Shown here piece after piece: positions 30,791 through 32,000 of a stretch of DNA of 32,000 bases (position 1 is its first letter; each line of letters begins with the position of its first letter). The translations under genes were made by a program, and so were the position numbers. Source of the stretch: Pseudodesulfovibrio mercurii (GTDB taxonomy: Bacteria; Desulfobacterota; Desulfovibrionia; Desulfovibrionales; Desulfovibrionaceae); contig NC_016803.1 of assembly GCF_000189295.2 (NCBI RefSeq), forward strand, positions 2,730,001 to 2,762,000, written 5' to 3'. Under the pieces are notes generated by a model, which ran no database searches, had not been told where the DNA came from, and saw only the letters and a program-made list of their open reading frames with translations.

Positions 30791-32000
30791 ATGCCGTCTG
30801 AGGAATGGATCAACTGGCTGCGTTCGCCGGAGGCCAAGAAGCCGATCAAGCAGTGCGTGCTCGATGTGTGCTGCGAGATGCGCCAGGGGAGCTACAATCG
30901 GGAAATCTGGCCCTACGGGGGCGTCGCCCTGGGCCGGGGAGAGCTGGACTGGTTCCGCAATCATGACAACCTGCCCCGTCCGGACGCCCCGGACGTCTCC
31001 CGCCGCAAGGTCGAGCTTCTCCACGACATATGGAACGAACTCGTCTACTACCTGATGCACGGCAGCTACCGGTTGCTCGATGAGTGGCACGAACGGCAGC
31101 AGGAAACGGGAGAGGGCGGAAAGGCCGGGTCCGAGCCGCGCCGGAGCGTGCCCTGGTCCGCGCAGAATCTGCATCTGGCCCGAAGCGGGAACAGCATCAT
31201 GCTGGCCCGGAACATCAAGCGCGGATTCCTCTACAGCGTGAAGTCGTTGCGGCGCATGGACCAGACCAGGCACGCCCTGTACCGGAAATGGGGCGACGCC
31301 ATGAACAACGACGCGGAGCGCTTCACGTATATGGCGCGAAAGGGCGTCGTGGGCGGACGCTGGTACGCCCCGGCGGGGCGGGGGGCCGAGAAGGCGCTCG
31401 CCGAGGAGGCCTACCTGGGGCTCCATTACGGCGAGTGGCCGGCGGATCGGGACGTCTCGCTCTCGATGTTCAGTCCCGAGACCCCCAAGCTGGCGATCCA
31501 GGCCATGAAGCGATGCAGCCTCTTCTTCTGGGAGGAGGCGCGGGAGCGGCTGTGGGCCGACGGGCCGACGGCCGAAGAGTACCTCGTCTCCCTGTGGCAT
31601 TTCGTTGACTACATGTTTGCCCAGTACGGGTTGCAGGCCATGGACGGCCTGACCGCGACCATCGACAGCGGGAGCCCCCGAGACGAGGAGGGCGGCTCGC
31701 GGGACATCGCCGCGTTGCTCCCGGACCGGCCCGGTGGCGAAGGCCTGGAAGCGGAAATGGACGGCCTGGAGCTCGGTGCCCTGGCGGAGCGGTTGTGCAG
31801 GATGCTGGACCCGGACGAGGCCAGGCTGCTGCTGCTTTTTTCGCGGGGCGCGCAGCGCAGGGACATCATGGCGGACATGGGCCTGAACGGCACGCGGTAT
31901 CTGGATTTGCGCAAGAGCGTGCGTCAGGGGGTCCGGGAGTTCCTTGTCAGGAACGACTTGAGCGAAGACAGGGACGGGACCTGCGAATTCGCCCGGCAAC
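30791..32000 (+). CDS. hypothetical protein with a C-terminal sigma70 region-4 / LuxR-like HTH (partial; continues beyond the window end)
   Basis: The frame is open from ATG 30791 (GGAGAGGAAG upstream) to the window end, 403 codons; it has no stop, so it is not in the track. It translates as MPSEEWINWLRSPEAKKPIKQCVLDV.... The block LDPDEARLLLLFSRGAQRRDIMADMGLNGTRYLDLRKSVRQGVREFL (31805..31945) follows the region-4.2 pattern. Confidence 0.75.
   Translation, partial: MPSEEWINWLRSPEAKKPIKQCVLDVCCEMRQGSYNREIWPYGGVALGRGELDWFRNHDNLPRPDAPDVSRRKVELLHDIWNELVYYLMHGSYRLLDEWHERQQETGEGGKAGSEPRRSVPWSAQNLHLARSGNSIMLARNIKRGFLYSVKSLRRMDQTRHALYRKWGDAMNNDAERFTYMARKGVVGGRWYAPAGRGAEKALAEEAYLGLHYGEWPADRDVSLSMFSPETPKLAIQAMKRCSLFFWEEARERLWADGPTAEEYLVSLWHFVDYMFAQYGLQAMDGLTATIDSGSPRDEEGGSRDIAALLPDRPGGEGLEAEMDGLELGALAERLCRMLDPDEARLLLLFSRGAQRRDIMADMGLNGTRYLDLRKSVRQGVREFLVRNDLSEDRDGTCEFARQ

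Noticed and set aside
28229-31999. 1256-aa minus-strand ORF spanning the hydrolase, the EBP and the last gene
   Set aside because: It is out of frame or antisense to three well-supported genes, is extremely rich in Arg/Pro/Gly, and has no RBS. It is an artefact.
1-32000. Integrative conjugative element, prophage, IS or CRISPR content
   Set aside because: I recognised no integrase, transposase, relaxase, T4SS ATPase, capsid or terminase gene, no tRNA attachment site, no terminal inverted or direct repeats, and no CRISPR-like repeat-spacer array. An accessory-island character is suggested only by the gene content and the AT-rich promoter islands.

Overview
High-GC bacterial DNA (about two-thirds G+C by eye), densely coding, with strong AGGAGG-type ribosome-binding sites. 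I can support 26 protein-coding genes plus one doubtful small ORF; two genes are cut by the window edges. I saw no rRNA, tRNA, CRISPR array, transposase or integrase. The many long Arg/Pro/Gly-rich ORFs in the track are antisense or out-of-frame artefacts of the GC content.

Gene content, left to right:
- an AAA_5/MoxR-like ATPase with an unknown partner (1-1835, minus strand);
- a zinc-ribbon protein plus a divergent FtsZ-like protein that keeps the FtsZ C-terminal IPAFLRR peptide (2125-3366);
- secreted proteins, including a coiled-coil protein (3488-5169);
- a tandem AAA+ ATPase (5601-7799);
- a 1957-aa transglutaminase-like / Upf1-type SF1 helicase / Vsr-like nuclease giant (8408-14281);
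- a ten-gene minus-strand string (14440-21618): lipoprotein, secreted helical proteins, ExbB-like, ExbD-like, a protein with TonB topology but a non-TonB C-terminus, a small membrane protein, a lytic transglycosylase, a paralogue of the secreted coiled-coil protein, and a PcfJ-like protein;
- two membrane-anchored coiled-coil proteins (22035-23248);
- a 1499-aa NACHT-type STAND NTPase with an N-terminal RNxxxH (HEPN-like) motif, followed by an alpha/beta hydrolase (23707-29284);
- a sigma54 enhancer-binding protein with no sensory domain (29281-30456);
- a partial gene ending in a sigma70 region-4-like helix-turn-helix (30791 to the window end).

The most striking pattern is regulatory. Seven transcription units are each preceded by a correctly oriented sigma54-type -24/-12 element and an AT-rich tract. 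The window therefore reads as one sigma54-wired island.

Candidate novel systems:
1. an ExbB/ExbD-powered envelope module that sits directly upstream of the giant helicase-nuclease;
2. the NACHT/HEPN-like plus hydrolase pair;
3. the zinc-ribbon plus degenerate FtsZ pair.

All domain calls come from motif reading by eye. No searches were run.
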